Source: Acidobacteriota bacterium (GTDB lineage Bacteria > Acidobacteriota > Thermoanaerobaculia > Multivoradales > UBA5704). From it: a DNA stretch of 64,000 nt. The notes beneath the pieces are model-generated. The model worked only from the letters and a program-made list of their open reading frames with translations, was not told where the DNA came from and searched no databases. A program made the position numbers and the translations under genes. Location: positions 64,001-128,000 of the forward strand of contig JBDTZG010000005.1 of NCBI GenBank assembly GCA_040005235.1, read 5' to 3'. This document shows, one piece after another, positions 49,651 to 58,985 of the stretch (positions are counted from its first letter, which is position 1; each line of letters opens with the position of its first letter).

Positions 49651-51132
49651 GTGACTCCGGCGGCCTCTTTTACTTCCCGCTTGCTGCAATCCCCGCGATC
49701 CCTTCGGTCGGCAGCCTTGCCGGCTCTTCCCTCTTTGATTCTTCTGCTCGTCGGTCTGGCTTCGAGCTGCGGCTTGAAAGGGCCGGATTCCGCGCCTTCG
49801 GAGGCCAAAGTAGGCCCTTCGGCCGCGCCCACTACCGCTCGGCCGGAGTCCAATCAGTCCGGCGGCCCCGAGGACGCCGATCTCTCGGGTAAATGGCGCC
49901 GGGCGCGCCCCGGCGGCGCTGCATCGGCCGAGGGCGAGCAATCGCTGCCGAATCTGCGGGCCTTGCCCTATCTCCAAGGGTATCGGCCGGCCGAAGATCA
50001 CCCGGTCGTCGGCCATCTGATTCCCGGAGCGGAACAAAAGGGGCTGAACCTCTACCTTTCGGGGCATGCCGCCGAAGCGGTGCTGATGGACATGGACGGT
50101 CGCCCCCTTCACGCCTGGCGCTATCCCCTCCGCCGGCTTTGGCCCGATCTCGCGAAAGATCCGGCGATGGCCAAATTGGAGTATTGGCGCCGGGCCTTTC
50201 TGTTTCCCAATGGCGACCTGCTGGGCATCTACGAGGGGCAGGGGCTGGTGAAGCTGGACGCCCGATCGCGCGTCATCTGGTCGCACCGGGGCGGGATTCA
50301 TCACGATCTCGAGGTGACGGCCGACGGTGACATCTGGGTGCTCGACCGCGACGGAAAGCTTATTCCCCGTCTGAACCCGAAGGAAGGAATCCTCGAAGAC
50401 ATGATCACGGTACTCAAGTCCGACGGTACGGTCCGGCGCCGGATCTCGATCCTTCATGCTTTCGAGCATTCCCGCTATCGCGGCCTGCTTTCGCGGCGGC
50501 CCCCCGCGGGCGACATCTTCCACACCAACACGCTGGAGATTCTGGATGGCCGGTTCGCGGCCCGAAATCCCGAATTGCGCAAAGGCAACGTCCTGATCTC
50601 GGTGCTCAAGCTCGACACGATCGCAATCCTCGATCCGGATCGCGAGGAAATCGTCTGGGCCGAGACCGGAAGCTTCCGGCGGCAGCACCAACCGACGCTT
50701 CTTCATGACGGTCATTTGTTGATGTTCGATAACACCGGGTTGGGGGGAGATAGATCGCGGGTGTTGGAGATCGATCCTTTCGGTCCCTTCCCCAATCGCG
50801 TCCTCTGGCAATTCGGAGGGCGTGCCGGCCAAGAGTTGTTCTCGAAGACCCTCGGTTCCTGCCAGAGGCTCGCGGGGGGAAACACGTTGATCACGGAGTC
50901 CGAAAACGGCCGTGCGCTGGAGGTCGATCCCCAGGGCCGAGTCGTCTGGGAATTTCGCAATCCGCACCGGGCCGGTGCAAGAGGCGAGCTGGTCGCGGTT
51001 TTGTTCGAGATGTTACGTCTGCCGCTCGATTTCCCGTTCCCCCCGGGACGCGGTACCATCGACGACAAGAGCCCTAGAGGAATCGGCAGAGCGGCGGTTG
51101 CGCCGCGCGCCGTCTTAGCGCACCGGAGGTGA
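49651..51132 (+). CDS. arylsulfotransferase (ASST)-like beta-propeller, probable lipoprotein
   Basis: GIHHDL, DIFHTNTL, RRQHQP, MFDN, GNTLITES; LASSC lipobox; start uncertain. Confidence 0.75.
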   Translation: MTPAASFTSRLLQSPRSLRSAALPALPSLILLLVGLASSCGLKGPDSAPSEAKVGPSAAPTTARPESNQSGGPEDADLSGKWRRARPGGAASAEGEQSLPNLRALPYLQGYRPAEDHPVVGHLIPGAEQKGLNLYLSGHAAEAVLMDMDGRPLHAWRYPLRRLWPDLAKDPAMAKLEYWRRAFLFPNGDLLGIYEGQGLVKLDARSRVIWSHRGGIHHDLEVTADGDIWVLDRDGKLIPRLNPKEGILEDMITVLKSDGTVRRRISILHAFEHSRYRGLLSRRPPAGDIFHTNTLEILDGRFAARNPELRKGNVLISVLKLDTIAILDPDREEIVWAETGSFRRQHQPTLLHDGHLLMFDNTGLGGDRSRVLEIDPFGPFPNRVLWQFGGRAGQELFSKTLGSCQRLAGGNTLITESENGRALEVDPQGRVVWEFRNPHRAGARGELVAVLFEMLRLPLDFPFPPGRGTIDDKSPRGIGRAAVAPRAVLAHRR

Positions 51133-53294
51133 GCAAGGTGACATCGACAAATCTTTTCCGGGTTTTCGTTTGCGGATCGGGTCTCTCTTTGTTGGGCCTC
51201 GCCGGTCCCTCGGTCGCGCAAAACTGCGCTTCCGACGCCAGTTGCGGCTTCTTGCAATGCAAAACCCCGGCGTCTCCCGTGCCGAGTTCGCTCTGGGGCA
51301 CGCTCAAACCGGTCGATACGACGCCGATGTCGTTCCTACGCGACAACACCGACTTCAACGAGTTCGCCCTGCCGGGCAATCCGGCGGACCGCTATGGCAG
51401 CGCCGAACCGGTCTGGCTGTCGCTCGACATCGACAACGGCTATCTCTATACCGCGATCTCTCATGGCATGCAGATCTGGGATCTGCACACGACTCCCGAG
51501 GCGCCGGCGTTCATCAAGACCGTGGACGGCCCTGCGACTTGGCGCCAGTGGCCCTCCGGTGAGCGCAAGCAGGTGCTCTCGGACATCGCGGTGCAGGGCG
51601 ATCTCGCGGCTCTGGTCGGCCAGCCGAGCGTCGGGATCGCGATCTTCGACAACGCCGACAAGTTCCATCCCCGTTTGGCGTATCAAGACGGCGACAAGAA
51701 CGCCACGCAGGTCTACGCCGCGACGATCGGCGGCCGGGCCTATGCGTTCATCGACGGACACTCGACGGTGACGGGAGAGCTGACCGGGTTGCTCGCCTAC
51801 GACATGACCCGGGCTCGGGATTACAGCGGCTGCCTGGACAACGGCGGCGCGTGCCCAGGGGTGATGGTCCGACAGATCAGCACGGACAGTTCCTTCACCT
51901 ACGTCGATGGAGCGGACAATTTCGTTGTAGCGAGCCGGGGAACGGCGAGAGGAGTCTCGATCTGGAACGTTGCCGACGTCGTCAACCCCGTCTTGAAGCT
52001 CTCGGCGCTCACCGGCGAGTCGGTCTACGGGATTGCGCTCTGGCACGACCTTTCTTCGGGGAAGTACTATCTCGCGACCCGTCACGACGCCGAGGCGCGG
52101 ATCTACGACGTCAGCTGCATCTCGACGACCTCCGGCTGCGCGGGGCTGGGCGCTCCCGTGTGGAGCAAGACGATGTTTGCCGGGACCCCCCAGTTCTACG
52201 TCACGTTTTCCCGCACTCCCACGGCCTCGTATCTGATGTTCGGTTCCGACCAGATCTGCGGCGGCGGCACGGTTCGCGAGGCGGTCTACGATGTCACGAC
52301 GCCTACGGCGCCGGTCGACATGACGCCGTCCCAGATCGTCACGATCGCCGGGATTCCGACCTCGTATTGGACCTGGTATTACCGCGACAGTCCGAGCGGC
52401 TTCAACCGGACCGGTGGGCGGATGGGCAAATTCGTCGGCGACCTCTACTACCGCGCGGCGTACTCGATCTTCGATATTCACAAGCGGACTACGCTCACCG
52501 TACCGAATGCCGATTTCATCGTCCCGTCGCCGATCTACGCGGGGGTGCCCGCGACGTTCAACGACTCGTCCGCGGGAAGCGTTGCGTCTCGAACCTGGAA
52601 TTTCCAAGACGGCGCGGTGGTCGGCGGGACGATCGCCTCCGCCGCTCCCGCCGGTTCGACCGCAAGGAAGGACGTTTCGGCGGGCGCTGCAACCGGGGTT
52701 TCCGCCAATCGCGATTCTCCGGGCCGGCGCGTCTTGCTCGGCGCTTTCGGCAAGGAGCCGGTGACCTTCGTCAACCCGGGTACTCAGCCGCTCTCCCTGG
52801 TCGTTCGCTTCCTGTCCGCCGGGCCGGATGCCGCACTCGCCCGCGGCTCGGAGCGGATCCAGCTCGGACCGAATGAGCGTAGGTCTGTGCCCGGCGATCG
52901 CTGGGGGAGCGGCCCGGGCGCTCTGGTGATCGAAAGCGGCGAGGCCGGCGGCCGGTTGCCGAAGATCGAATCGGCGATCTCGGTCCTCTCCGAGCGGGAG
53001 GCGGCCAAAGGGGGAGAAGTCTGGAACTTGACCGGGCTCCGCGCGACGCGCGACCTCAAGACGACGATTCTCCTGTTCAACCCCACCGACCAATCCGCCT
53101 CGGTCGATCTCGTCTACCGCGCGGCCGACGGATCGGTGCTTGGCGCCCTCCGCGACCTCGACGTGGCGCCAGGCCTGCGCGCGGTTCGCGCCGCATCCCA
53201 TCCGATCGGAACGGCCGACGCCTTCTCGGTCGAGGTCGAGGTGCGGTCGGGAACCGTCCTGGCGAATGCCCGGGTCGCCGGGCCTCGGCCGTGA
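51129..53294 (+). CDS. shorter paralog of the PKD protein (N-terminal domain, partial PKD, C-terminal domain)
   Basis: QNCASDASCGFLQCKTPA..RDNTDFNEF..WLSLDIDNGYLY..GFNRTGGRMGKF matches the 44904 protein. Confidence 0.85.
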   Translation: MSKVTSTNLFRVFVCGSGLSLLGLAGPSVAQNCASDASCGFLQCKTPASPVPSSLWGTLKPVDTTPMSFLRDNTDFNEFALPGNPADRYGSAEPVWLSLDIDNGYLYTAISHGMQIWDLHTTPEAPAFIKTVDGPATWRQWPSGERKQVLSDIAVQGDLAALVGQPSVGIAIFDNADKFHPRLAYQDGDKNATQVYAATIGGRAYAFIDGHSTVTGELTGLLAYDMTRARDYSGCLDNGGACPGVMVRQISTDSSFTYVDGADNFVVASRGTARGVSIWNVADVVNPVLKLSALTGESVYGIALWHDLSSGKYYLATRHDAEARIYDVSCISTTSGCAGLGAPVWSKTMFAGTPQFYVTFSRTPTASYLMFGSDQICGGGTVREAVYDVTTPTAPVDMTPSQIVTIAGIPTSYWTWYYRDSPSGFNRTGGRMGKFVGDLYYRAAYSIFDIHKRTTLTVPNADFIVPSPIYAGVPATFNDSSAGSVASRTWNFQDGAVVGGTIASAAPAGSTARKDVSAGAATGVSANRDSPGRRVLLGAFGKEPVTFVNPGTQPLSLVVRFLSAGPDAALARGSERIQLGPNERRSVPGDRWGSGPGALVIESGEAGGRLPKIESAISVLSEREAAKGGEVWNLTGLRATRDLKTTILLFNPTDQSASVDLVYRAADGSVLGALRDLDVAPGLRAVRAASHPIGTADAFSVEVEVRSGTVLANARVAGPRP

Positions 53295-53319
53295 CGAGAC
53301 CGTGACTCGGCGATAAACC

Positions 53320-54264
53320 GTGCTGCCGGCCGATCTTGCCCCGCAAGCCGCCGCGGCTGGTCTCGCTTCGACCTCCGACCAGGCCGCGAAACTCGCGGCC
53401 TGGTTAATTTCCGAAGCGCGGCGCGATCCCGCGGCGCGCCGTTATCTCTATTTCCTCAAATCGTCGTACGAGACGTTTCACGCAATCGAGGAGTGCTTTC
53501 CCCGTTCACCGGATGTAGCCGGTGGCGGTATCGGCACCTCGCCCGAAGAGCTGCTCCATATCGCGAACCACCTGTACCTCCTGGTTTCCGCCGGAGTGCC
53601 GGGCGTCCTACTCGAATGCGGGTGCTTCAAGGGGTTTTCTTCCAGCTGCCTGAGCCACGCCTGTGCCTTTTTAGGTCGCGATCTGGTCGTGGCCGATTCG
53701 TTCCAGGGCCTGCCCGGTGAGGCCGGGGCAGGGGAGGAAGGGTACCGCCCCGGCGATTTTCGCGGCGCCCGAGCAGAGGTCGAAGCCAACGTCCGCCTGT
53801 TCGGCCGCCTCGAGCGGGTACGCTTCGTCGAAGGCTGGTTCCGCGACACGTTGCCGCATCTCCCCGATCCGGTCGCCCTGCTCTGGATGGACGTCGACCT
53901 CTACGCTTCCGCGACGGACGTGCTCGAATCCACCTTGCAGAAACTCGACCCTCGGGCCGCGATCTTCAGCCATGAGTTTTTGCCCGAGCAGATCAATGCG
54001 GACGGGCGCATCGTCCACCCACACGAGCCGCCCGGAGCGATCCGCGACGCCTTCGTTGCCCGTGGCGTCGAGGAACGGGCAGTCCACCTGGCAGGTTGGC
54101 TTGCCCGGATCGACCGGCCTGAGACGGTGGGGATTGGATCGGAGTCTCTGGTGCGTGCGCTGCTCCCCCACCTGAGAGACCTGGATCACCGTGCCCGGAC
54201 CGCAAAGCAGGCGATCGGCCTGAAGCCTGCGCTCCGCGACTGGCTTCGGCGGAGGCTTGGGTAG
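53320..54264 (+). CDS. TylF/MycF-family O-methyltransferase
   Basis: PGVLLECGCFKG, ADSFQGLP, EGWFRDTLP, LWMDVDLYAS. Confidence 0.85.
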   Translation: MLPADLAPQAAAAGLASTSDQAAKLAAWLISEARRDPAARRYLYFLKSSYETFHAIEECFPRSPDVAGGGIGTSPEELLHIANHLYLLVSAGVPGVLLECGCFKGFSSSCLSHACAFLGRDLVVADSFQGLPGEAGAGEEGYRPGDFRGARAEVEANVRLFGRLERVRFVEGWFRDTLPHLPDPVALLWMDVDLYASATDVLESTLQKLDPRAAIFSHEFLPEQINADGRIVHPHEPPGAIRDAFVARGVEERAVHLAGWLARIDRPETVGIGSESLVRALLPHLRDLDHRARTAKQAIGLKPALRDWLRRRLG

Positions 54265-54356
54265 GCTCTTCAGCCTGCCGCAACGAAGTCTGGCCGAAGT
54301 TGCAAGAGTGAAGGGGGTCATTTACGTCCTTTAAGCGGCAGGAGGTACGTGCCGCT

Positions 54357-55310
54357 ATGACCAGCCACGACCAGTTGTGGAAGGACCTGTTTCGGACCTT
54401 TTTCCCCGATCTGCTGTTTTTGCTCGACTCCGACCTCGCGACTCGCCTTGTCGGGAGCCTCGGTCCGGGAGGATTCACCTTCCTGGATAAAGAGGTGTTC
54501 CACGATCTGCCGGAGGGCGATCGACATGAGGTCGACCTTCTCGCAGAGGCTCTCGATTCCGCCTCCGGACGGAAACTGCGCGTCCATATAGAGATCGAGC
54601 GCCGCTTCGGCGGCAAGATCGGCCGCCGCGTCGCGCGCTACTCTTACCATCTCTATCTGCGCGACCCCGGACCGGTGGTTTCGATCGTCGTCTTCATGCG
54701 CGGCGGCCCGGCCGGCGCCCGCTGGACGGAGCACGTCGAGCGAGCGTTCGATCGAGAGATCCTTTGCTTCAACTACCTGTCGCTCGGCTTGTCGAAGCTT
54801 CCGGCGAGGAAGATGCTCGATCGGCCGGAGCCGCTCGCCTGGGCGTTCGCCGCCCTCGCTTGGCCGGGCAGGATGGGCCGAGCCCGGTTGAAGTTGGAGC
54901 TTCTGCGGAAGATTGCCACCGCCCGGCTGAACGAGGTCGAGCGATTTCTGTTGGCCAACTGCGCGCAAACTTACCTACAATTGGCAGGAAGCGATGCGGA
55001 GGAGTACGCCGCGATGCGCCTCGCCCAAGAGAATCCGGAGGTCGAAGCGATGGAAATGACATGGGCCGAGCAGATGGTAGCGGAGTACCGGCAGAAGTTT
55101 CTTGCTGAGGGCCTTGAGCAGGGCCTCGAGCAGGGAGTCGAGCAAGGCGTCCGAAGCACTCTGCTCCGGCAAATCCTGCGGCGGTTCGGGGAGGTCCCGC
55201 CTGCGGTTCGGGCGAGGGTTGAGGCGATCGATTCGCTTGACGAGTTGGGCGGCCTCACCGAGCGGATTTTGGAGGTGAAGTCGATCGAGGAGCTGGGGCT
55301 GGGGCACTAG
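54357..55310 (+). CDS. Rpn/YhgA-like PD-(D/E)XK nuclease with DUF4351 C-terminus (intact)
   Basis: HDQLWKDL, EVDLLAE..VHIEIE, GLEQGLEQGVEQG repeats, SIEELGL. Confidence 0.85.
   Translation: MTSHDQLWKDLFRTFFPDLLFLLDSDLATRLVGSLGPGGFTFLDKEVFHDLPEGDRHEVDLLAEALDSASGRKLRVHIEIERRFGGKIGRRVARYSYHLYLRDPGPVVSIVVFMRGGPAGARWTEHVERAFDREILCFNYLSLGLSKLPARKMLDRPEPLAWAFAALAWPGRMGRARLKLELLRKIATARLNEVERFLLANCAQTYLQLAGSDAEEYAAMRLAQENPEVEAMEMTWAEQMVAEYRQKFLAEGLEQGLEQGVEQGVRSTLLRQILRRFGEVPPAVRARVEAIDSLDELGGLTERILEVKSIEELGLGH
55050..55310 (+). CDS. putative intragenic in-frame small protein (RpnS-type antitoxin)
   Basis: GGAGG (55037-55041) 8 nt upstream of an in-frame ATG; MEMTWAEQM... Confidence 0.55.
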   Translation: MEMTWAEQMVAEYRQKFLAEGLEQGLEQGVEQGVRSTLLRQILRRFGEVPPAVRARVEAIDSLDELGGLTERILEVKSIEELGLGH

Positions 55311-55381
55311 CCGCGCCCCTGGTGGGCCGGTCGAGGCCTTCCCGGCCTCGGCCCGTGCCGAACGGGTAGAATCCCCGTTCG

Positions 55382-56695
55382 ATGGCTGATCCGGCGGTCC
55401 AGGTCCAGAATCTCGAAAAGGTGTATCGGGTCTATGCCCAGCCATGGCATCGGCTGCTGGTGCCTTTTGGCGGCAGGCCGAGACATCGGGAGTTTCGGGC
55501 TTTGGATGGGGTGAGCTTCGATCTGCCGCAGGGCCAGGGGCTCGCGATCGTCGGGGAGAACGGCGCGGGGAAGTCGACCCTGCTCAAGATTCTCGCCGGG
55601 ATCACCAGCCCCAGCGCGGGACGGTCGGAGGTTCGCGGGAAGATCGCCTCGATCTTGGAGCTGGGATCGGGGTTTCACCCGGAGTTCACCGGGCGCCAGA
55701 ACATCGTGCTGAACGCCGCGATGCTCGGGCTTTCGGAGGGGGAGGTCCGGGAAAAGACGCCCGCGATCCTCGATTTCGCGGAGCTGGGCGACTTCATCGA
55801 TCAGCCGGTGAAGGTCTATTCGACCGGCATGGCGATGAGGCTCGGTTTCGCGATCGCCACCCAGGTTGAGCCCGACGTGTTGATCATCGACGAGGCGCTC
55901 TCGGTGGGCGACGGCTATTTCCAGAAGAAGTGCATGGATCGGCTGGAACGATTCGTCGGCGCCGGGGGCACCCTGCTGTTCTGCTCGCATGCGATGTACT
56001 ACGTCTCGGCCTTCTGCCAGCAGGCGCTTTGGCTCAAGAACGGCCGGCCGCAGGCGCTCGGCCCGGTGCTCGACGTAATCCACGAGTACGAGAACTTCCT
56101 GGTGAAGAAGAGCGGCTCCGCCGCTTCTCGGGGGGACGAACCGGTTCCGGTTGCCGCTTCGGATCAAGAGTCGGCGGCGATTCCAGAACCGACGGTCGCC
56201 GGTCTCGCGCGGCTGATCGGGGTTCGCCAGTTGGCCGTCCCGGGCACGGAGCGTGGAGGAAAAGGCGGTACCGAGGCGGACCCCTCCCGGTACGCGTCCG
56301 GCTCGCCGTTCCGGCTGGAAGTCTCCTGGGCGACCGACGATCCGACACTGGGATTCCACCTCGGGGTCGGGATCAACCGGACCGACGGAGTCGAAGTCTG
56401 CTCGTTTTCGACCCACCTGGATGGTCTGCCGGCAGTCTCCGGAGAGCGAAGATACGAGGTCGTGCTCGACGTTCCGGCCCTTCCGATCGTCAAGGGCGAG
56501 TTCTCTCTCTACGTCTTCCTCCTCGACCACCGGTCGCTCCACGTCTACGACCAACGGCTGCTCCGGGCGGCTTTTGCGGTCGAGAGCGCGGACTACCGAA
56601 TTGGCCTGATCAACGTCGAGCACGCTTGGGACGTACAATGGAGCGGCCGAAGGCTTCTTCCAACTTCTCAAGCGAACGATGAGCTTCCCGCATGA
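55382..56695 (+). CDS. wzt: polysaccharide ABC exporter ATPase with Wzt C-terminal domain
   Basis: GENGAGKST, LELGSGFHPEFTGRQNI, YSTGMAMRLGF, DEALSVGD. Confidence 0.92.
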   Translation: MADPAVQVQNLEKVYRVYAQPWHRLLVPFGGRPRHREFRALDGVSFDLPQGQGLAIVGENGAGKSTLLKILAGITSPSAGRSEVRGKIASILELGSGFHPEFTGRQNIVLNAAMLGLSEGEVREKTPAILDFAELGDFIDQPVKVYSTGMAMRLGFAIATQVEPDVLIIDEALSVGDGYFQKKCMDRLERFVGAGGTLLFCSHAMYYVSAFCQQALWLKNGRPQALGPVLDVIHEYENFLVKKSGSAASRGDEPVPVAASDQESAAIPEPTVAGLARLIGVRQLAVPGTERGGKGGTEADPSRYASGSPFRLEVSWATDDPTLGFHLGVGINRTDGVEVCSFSTHLDGLPAVSGERRYEVVLDVPALPIVKGEFSLYVFLLDHRSLHVYDQRLLRAAFAVESADYRIGLINVEHAWDVQWSGRRLLPTSQANDELPA

Positions 56696-57813
56696 ATGAT
56701 GAATTCCGGACCGCGCTTGCGGTTCTGCCCGAAGAGCCGGCAACCCGGCTCGCGCTCCACCCGTTCGCCCATGTCGATGCGGCGCGGATCTACCATCCCC
56801 TCACGGGCGTCGAGCTGACCCCCGGTACGCCGGGGTACGCCGAGATCTCGCGCCTGGCCTCCGGCTTTTCGGCAGTCGAGGATCTGGCGCCGGAAGTGCG
56901 CGAACGGCTCATTGCGGGGCGCTGGCTGCTTCCGGCAGGGGAAGATCCGTCGAAGGAGTTCCGGCTCCGGATCGTCTCGCTCGAAGCGCATACGGTGTGC
57001 AACCAGGCCTGCTACTTCTGCCCGGTCTCGATCGCGCCGCGCGAGGACTACTTCATGCCGACCGCGCTGTACGAGCGGATCGTTGGGGAGCTGGCCGCCT
57101 TCCGCGAGACGATCGAAGCGGTGTTCATGATCAATTACAACGAACCGACGCTCGACAAGCGGTTCGTCGAGCAGGTCCGGACGATCCGCGCCGCCGGGCT
57201 TCCGCCCGCCGTGCTGACGAACGGCTCCGGCCTCACTCCCGACCGGATCGACGCGCTGGTCGAGATGGGCGGCCTGCGGTTCCTCTCGATCAACCTCTCG
57301 ACGCTCGATCGCGAGCGCTACAAGACCGAACGCGGGGGAGACCAACTGCCGCTGGTGCTCAAGAACTTGGAGTACGCCAAGGACAAAGCGGTCGCCGAAA
57401 AGATGGATGTGATCGTGCTCGGCACCGGCGACGAAAACCACCAACGCGATTTCGCCGAGATCGGCGAACGGTTCGCAGGCAGCCGCTTCGAGGTCAAGTC
57501 GTTCGAGGTGATGGATCGCGCCGGGTATCTTCAGATCGGCCTTGGGGTTCAGCGCGACGGCAAGAAGCTGCGCGGCTGCGACAACTTGGGCTCGCGACCG
57601 ATCGAGCACCTGCACATCACACCTCGCGCCCAGGTGGTGCTCTGCTGCGAGGACTACGACGAGTTCCACATTGTGGGCGATCTGGCGGAGACCTCGGTGC
57701 TCGACGTGCTGCGTGGCCCCGAGCTGGCAAAGATGCGGCGGATGATCTACGGCCTCGACGAGGCACCAGCGAATTTCATCTGCAACAAATGCACGTTCGC
57801 GCGCCGGGCGTGA
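56692..57813 (+). CDS. radical SAM protein with SPASM/Twitch domain
   Basis: CNQACYFC; C-terminal GCD...LCCED...ICNKC. Confidence 0.88.
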   Translation: MNDEFRTALAVLPEEPATRLALHPFAHVDAARIYHPLTGVELTPGTPGYAEISRLASGFSAVEDLAPEVRERLIAGRWLLPAGEDPSKEFRLRIVSLEAHTVCNQACYFCPVSIAPREDYFMPTALYERIVGELAAFRETIEAVFMINYNEPTLDKRFVEQVRTIRAAGLPPAVLTNGSGLTPDRIDALVEMGGLRFLSINLSTLDRERYKTERGGDQLPLVLKNLEYAKDKAVAEKMDVIVLGTGDENHQRDFAEIGERFAGSRFEVKSFEVMDRAGYLQIGLGVQRDGKKLRGCDNLGSRPIEHLHITPRAQVVLCCEDYDEFHIVGDLAETSVLDVLRGPELAKMRRMIYGLDEAPANFICNKCTFARRA

Positions 57814-58985
57814 TTCCGCCCGCGGCGGATCTTTCCTCCGACTCCGCGGCCGACGGTCGCCTGCCCGTGCGCCTCGCGATCGTCATCGTCCACTACCGGA
57901 CGCCGGATCTCGCCGCGGAATGCGTCGCCGCGCTACGTGCCGACTCCCCTGGATCCGAGGCGCGCATCGTCCTGGTCGACAACGGCAGCGACGCCGAAGG
58001 ACGGGAGCGGCTCCACCAACTTTCGATCGAGATCATCGAGCCGGGTGAGAATCTCGGATTTGGCGGTGGGGTGAACCGGGGGGTTGCCTACTGTCTGGAG
58101 GCCGGATCCAAAGATCCCGTCGACGCGATCGTAATCCTCAATCCCGACGTGCTGGTCCGGCCGGGGTGCCTCGCGGCGTTGCTCGCAGAGCTGGATCGGG
58201 GGGCGGCGGTGGCGGGTCCCAAGTTCTATTGGGACCGGGGCGAGCGACTTCTCCTTCCGCCCACCGAGCGGCGCACCCGGCGCGATGAACTGCGCGCCGC
58301 GGCGGCGCACCGGGGCGGCGCCCGCGCCGACCGGGCCCGCGCCCATTGGCGGGACCACGCGAGGGAGCATTGGCTGGCGGCGGAGCCACTCAGAACCCCC
58401 TGGCTCTCCGGAGGGTTGCTCGCGATCCGCCGCGACGCCTGGGAGGCGGTCGGCCCGTTCGACGAGGGGTACCGGCTCTATTTCGAGGAGACCGATTGGC
58501 TGATGCGCCTTGCGGCCCGCGGGCTCGACCCGCGGTGGGTGCCCGCCGCCCGTGCGGTTCACCTGTACGCCCAGAGCGCGTTGCGCGAACCGGCGTCCCA
58601 GGCCTGGTTCGAGGAGTCGGCGGAGCGCTTCCGCCACCGGTGGTACGGCGTAGGATTCTCCCGCCTGCTCGCCTCGGTCGCCCCCGCGGAGGCGGTAACG
58701 GTCGATCCGTTGCCCTCTTTACTTTCCGAAGGTCTCGACCAGGACGCGCTCGTGGCGAGGCTGCCGGGTGGATCAGGCACGATCTGGATCGAAGTCTCGC
58801 CGAGCCTCTGGGGGTTTCCGGCCGCCGCGGAGCGGATCGAGATCCCGAGCGGATTCTGGCGCCTGCCCGAAGAGATCGCCGAGCGGCTGCCCGCTGGAGA
58901 GTGGACGGTGCTCGCGAGCGACGAGGCCGGGCGCGAGCTGGGCCGCTGGGCGGTGTCTTCCGGCGCTACGGGAGTCCAACGGTGA
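57810..58985 (+). CDS. glycosyltransferase family 2
   Basis: VLVDNGSD, NLGFGGGVNRG, LNPD, FDEGYRLYFEETDW. Confidence 0.88.
   Translation: MIPPAADLSSDSAADGRLPVRLAIVIVHYRTPDLAAECVAALRADSPGSEARIVLVDNGSDAEGRERLHQLSIEIIEPGENLGFGGGVNRGVAYCLEAGSKDPVDAIVILNPDVLVRPGCLAALLAELDRGAAVAGPKFYWDRGERLLLPPTERRTRRDELRAAAAHRGGARADRARAHWRDHAREHWLAAEPLRTPWLSGGLLAIRRDAWEAVGPFDEGYRLYFEETDWLMRLAARGLDPRWVPAARAVHLYAQSALREPASQAWFEESAERFRHRWYGVGFSRLLASVAPAEAVTVDPLPSLLSEGLDQDALVARLPGGSGTIWIEVSPSLWGFPAAAERIEIPSGFWRLPEEIAERLPAGEWTVLASDEAGRELGRWAVSSGATGVQR

Noticed and set aside
56692-57813. Radical SAM as RiPP maturase for the 48-aa or Cys-rich peptide
   Set aside because: It is 18 kb or more away from either peptide and is translationally coupled to glycan genes.
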